Source: Heptranchias perlo
Lineage: Eukaryota
Length of the DNA: 64,000 nucleotides
Direction: 5' to 3'
Assembly: GCF_035084215.1 (NCBI RefSeq)
Contig: NC_090337.1
Span: forward strand, 42,036,001-42,100,000
Numbering within the stretch: the first letter of the stretch is position 1; every line of letters begins with the position of its first letter. This document shows, one piece after another, positions 59,985-64,000 of the stretch. Position numbers and translations under genes: made by a program. The notes beneath the pieces were generated by a model, which saw only the letters and a list, made by a program, of their open reading frames with translations, made no database searches and was not told where the DNA came from.

Positions 59985-61403
59985 GAGTTGCAGCACACGA
60001 GGAGGCCTTTTGGTCCATCATGCTTATGCCGGCTCTTTGACAGAGCTATCCAATTAATCCCATTCCCCTGCTCTTTCCCCACAGCCTTGTAAACTTTTTC
60101 CCTTCAAATATTTATCCAATTCCCTTTTGAAAGTTAATATTGAATCTGCTTCCACCACCCTTTCAGGCAGTGCATTCCAGATCATTACAACCCGCTGCTT
60201 AAAAAAATGTTTCCTCATGTCGCCTCTTGCTCTTTTGCCAATCACCTTAAATCTGTGTCCTCTGATTACTGACCCTTCTGCCACTGCAAACAGTTTCTCC
60301 TTATTTACTCTGTCAAAACCATTCATGATTTTGAACACCTCTATGAAATATCCCCTTAACCTTCTCTGTTCTAAGGAGAACAACCCCAGCTTCTCCAGTC
60401 TCTCCACGTAACTGAAGTCCCTCATCCCTGGCACCATTCTAGTAAATCTCTTCTGCACCCTCTCTAAGACCTTGACATCCTTCCTAAAGTGTGGTGCCCA
60501 GAATTGAACACAATACTCCAGCTGAGACCCAACCAGTGTTTTATAAAAGTTTAGCATAACTTCCTTGCTTTTGTGCTCTAGGCCTCTTTTATTAGAGCCT
60601 AGGATCAGATATGCCTTTTTAACAGCCTTCTCAACTTGCCCTGCCGGCTTCAAAGATTTATGAATGAGCACCCCTGGTCTCTCTGTTACTGCACCCCCTT
60701 TAAAATGGAGCATTTAGTTTATATTGCCTCTCCTCATTCTTCCTACCAAAATGCATCACTTCACACTTCTCTGCATTACATTTCATCTGCCATGTGTCTG
60801 CCCATTTCACCAGTCTGTCTTTGTCCTCCTGAAGTCTGTTACTATCCTCCACATTGTTCACTAGATTTCTGAGTTTCGTGTCATCTGCAAACTTTGAAAT
60901 TATACCCTCTATACCCAAGTTCAGGTCATTAATACATATCAAAAAGAGCAGTGGTCCTAATACTGACCCATGGGGAACACCACTATATACTTCCCTCCAG
61001 TCTGAAAAACAACCGTTCACCACTATTCTCTGCTTTCTGTCCCCTAGCTGATCCCCACAACCAACGTTAGGCTCACTGGCCTGTAATTGCCGGGTTTATC
61101 CCTCTCCCTTTTTTTGAACAGGGGTGTAACATTTGCAAACCTCCAGTCTTCTGGCACCATCCCCATATCGAAGGATGATTGTAAGATTGTGGCCACAACC
61201 TCCGCAATTTCCACCCTTACTTCCCTCAATTACCTAGGATGCACCCCACCTGGACCGGGTGATTTTTCTACTTTGAGTACTGCCAATCTTTTAAGTACCT
61301 GCTCTTTATCTATTTTTATCCTATCCAATATCGCTACTCCTCCTCCTTTACTGCTACAATGGCAGCATCCTCTTCTCTAGTGAAGACGGATGCAAAGTAT
61401 TCT
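59985..61403 (-). mobile_element. CR1 LINE ORF2 remnant with internal deletion
   Basis: [39 protein letters not shown]; jumps directly from NYRPVSLT to QRIVVNG. Confidence 0.9.
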
Positions 61404-62789
61404 CACTCCCATTAAGGAATTCTTTCTGACACCTCAGTTGCATTTCATTTCATGCCACACATTGTGCCTCCAAACTCGACGTTCTTCTTAATGGGGAAAC
61501 ATACCACATCCAATGACAAGGAAGAGATACCTCAATCCTACAAGGCTCTTGCTGGAAAGTATCAGGCAGTCATTTCAGAACATCTTGCCACTGTAGAAGT
61601 AAGAAGCTAGGATTGAAAGAGTACAGAGTTGTAAGCACCAATGGGAAGCATAGTGGCAACGAATAGTTGGAAGATTGCCTTTTTTTTTTAAAAAGGCAAA
61701 TGCTTTTGTCCCACACCGGATATGTGCAGAATGATTTGGGGCAAAGATGGGGGGTGCCAGCGTGAAACAATAGCAGAATGCGTTTCTAATTGGAACCTTG
61801 GGAGTGTGGAGGAGAGCTACATGCCAGCCAGAGAATTTGTGGCCAAAAAGGTTCCAGGATGGTAGGAAAACATTTAACAGTGGGCTCGCATCCAATTCAC
61901 ATTAGCTGTGCTCGCAGCTATCCAGCGGCTGGCACAACTCAGTTATTGCTAATGAGGGAAGTGCAGCCTTCTCAGGCATTGATGAGTGGTCACGGCGAAC
62001 TAGCCATGGCTGGGTCTGCAGACAGGGAGGCATGGGTACCAGCAGGTAGGGACCAGAGACTGCCTAATCAACCTGCTGTCTCTGAAGTGGTCCTCCTAAT
62101 CACCTCTTCTCCTTTCTCATAGCAGGGAAACAAGGAAGCCCTAAGGGTGACACTCTTGATCCCCTTTGCTCTTATGTTTAAAATCCAAATTTGCACATAA
62201 TAAAAGGGCACAGTGTACAACGGGTGTTAAACTTTCTAGATCTGTAGATACTGATGCAACACAAGCAAACAATGCAGGACTTGTACATTCATTTGTATGG
62301 CGATTCAGACCTTAGTGTGCCTGCTTTCAAGCAGAAGCTTTTCAAGCAGCAGGACTATAATGACGAATTAGTTGGCTCCTTGCATCCAACATTAGAAAAT
62401 GGTTTTGGAAATTTGCAGGAGACCAACACCCAAGGGGCAGCATAAAGCCAAATTAAGCTGCCAACATTCAGACAACATAAAATAGATGACATTATTGCAC
62501 TGCACTTGCTTTGAACATTGTGTTCGGAATTTATTTGTCATTGGTCACAATAAAGTAGGAGCCCAGCATAAGATCGTAATGGATGGTATTTAGAAAAATT
62601 GAAGAAGGTGGTTTGGCCATAGTTATTTTGTAGATGTGGTTTAATTTTAAGAAATAACATAGCTCTGATCCTCACTTAATATCTGATGCACCAAACTCTT
62701 TTGCTGCATTCCTAGTTGCATAGCGAATTCCTTACCATTTTCACCCTTTTGCTCTGCCATTCCTTTACCATTCTGGCCTTCGACCTGCA

Positions 62790-63690
62790 TGGAGGTCTCT
62801 TTTTATGACAATGTTATAGGGGATGCAGCAGATGGCATTTATTCTAGAAATTCTGGAGCTATGATGTAAGCCACCTCCCCATCTGATCAGCTGAGACATC
62901 TGAAGTGCTGTTTTGAGATCCCAATGGTTATGTTTGATGATAATTCTGGTTGTAGTATCAGGTTTATTGTACCTCTTTATGGTTGATGCAAGGGTGCAAA
63001 GAGTGCTCTTGGTTTCAGAGAAGTCATCTTTCCACTATTTCTTCTCCTTGAAATAAAGGTGGTGTACAATGGTTGCCTTACAATTAAGGCATCATGAGAA
63101 CTCCCAGGGAAACAGGCTGCATGATTCTGTCCTGGTGGTCACATTCTAGCTGAACACTGAGAGAATAAAATCCCTTTTGGGCACAAAACTATGCACTGGG
63201 CCAAGCGACAATATGCGTGCAACCAATGACTGACTCTAGGAAAGCCAGAAAATCTGTAGAATTATGATGCCCCCTCATATTGTTACTTTTGACAAAAATG
63301 AAGAAGTTATTGGCCCTGTTAAATAATATATCTGTGGCTTCTTTGATATACCTGCGGACAGCAAATTGGCTTTACTGCCTAAAAATTGCTGGTCGTGATG
63401 GCCATTGCAATGCTGTATATTGTCCAAACATCTTTCTGAAGGAGATAGCAGAGCTATATCATGGCTTCCCTGTGAAGTCTCAGCCTACTTAGGTACATCT
63501 CTTCTGTCATTCCCAGATAACTGAGCCTGTTATGGTAGAGCCAGTGTATTGCATAGTGGCAAGGCCCACTGAGTGTGGCACTTGAACTCTTTCCTGACCT
63601 TGCTGATTCTCTTCTGCCAATAGCAGTACTAGTGGACTGTTGAATGCAATCCCCACATAGTAAATAAAAAGCTGAAATATACAGAAGCTC
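62790..63690 (-). pseudogene. Near full-length decayed Harbinger transposase
   Basis: Minus strand: RLSYLGMTEEMYLSRLRLHREA...SQFAVRRYIKEATDILF...VIGCTHIV...KGFYSLSVQLECDHQDRIMQ...FPGSSHDAL...TIGISKQHFRCL...ICCIPYNI. Confidence 0.8.
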
Positions 63691-64000
63691 ACCTTTTACT
63701 AAATGCTCCAGGTTATTGACTGCAACCTCTGCAGCATCACCAGTTCATTTTGTGGGTTAGTAATTCATCACACAACTTGTGCCTTAGTATTGGAATTTGG
63801 AGCAATGTATTTTTAACAAACTATTATGCTATCAATATTAAGGTTAATGACTGTACTATATATGTCCAGTGCTTTCGTGCACAGATCCAACTTACGGTCC
63901 GCAGCAATTTCACAGTATCCAGGAAATGGGCAGTAAGCTAAACAGCATTCACTAACTTATTGATCTAATACTGCAGGCATTACACTTAACATTCTCAGTA

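Noticed and set aside
1-64000. Prokaryotic-type systems (CRISPR, operons, retrons), rRNA or tRNA genes
   Set aside because: None seen; the sequence is vertebrate repeat-rich DNA, and tRNA-like boxes occur only as SINE heads.

Overview
Eukaryotic, repeat-dense vertebrate DNA. The repeat mix (CR1 and L2 LINEs, DeuSINE/SacSINE1-like SINEs, PIF/Harbinger relics and MITEs) suggests a cartilaginous fish; this is inference. Almost all ORFs in the track are fragments or antisense shadows of decayed transposons. The one intact long ORF belongs to a young Penelope-like retroelement (Neptune-type RT plus GIY-YIG endonuclease, 23710-27356). It has two apparently identical 566-bp pseudo-LTRs, a 12-bp TSD, and a minimal hammerhead ribozyme with a palindromic helix III in each pseudo-LTR. 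A 61-bp micro-insertion of a related Penelope subfamily, also with a 12-bp TSD, sits at about 40.1 kb. Other notable structures are a recent complex inverted duplication with a fold-back junction (56.4-58.6 kb), a solo LTR inside a SINE, multi-level nested LINE insertions, and two candidate minus-strand host exons (54.4 and 52.4 kb) that I cannot assign to a gene. Boundaries of decayed repeats are approximate.
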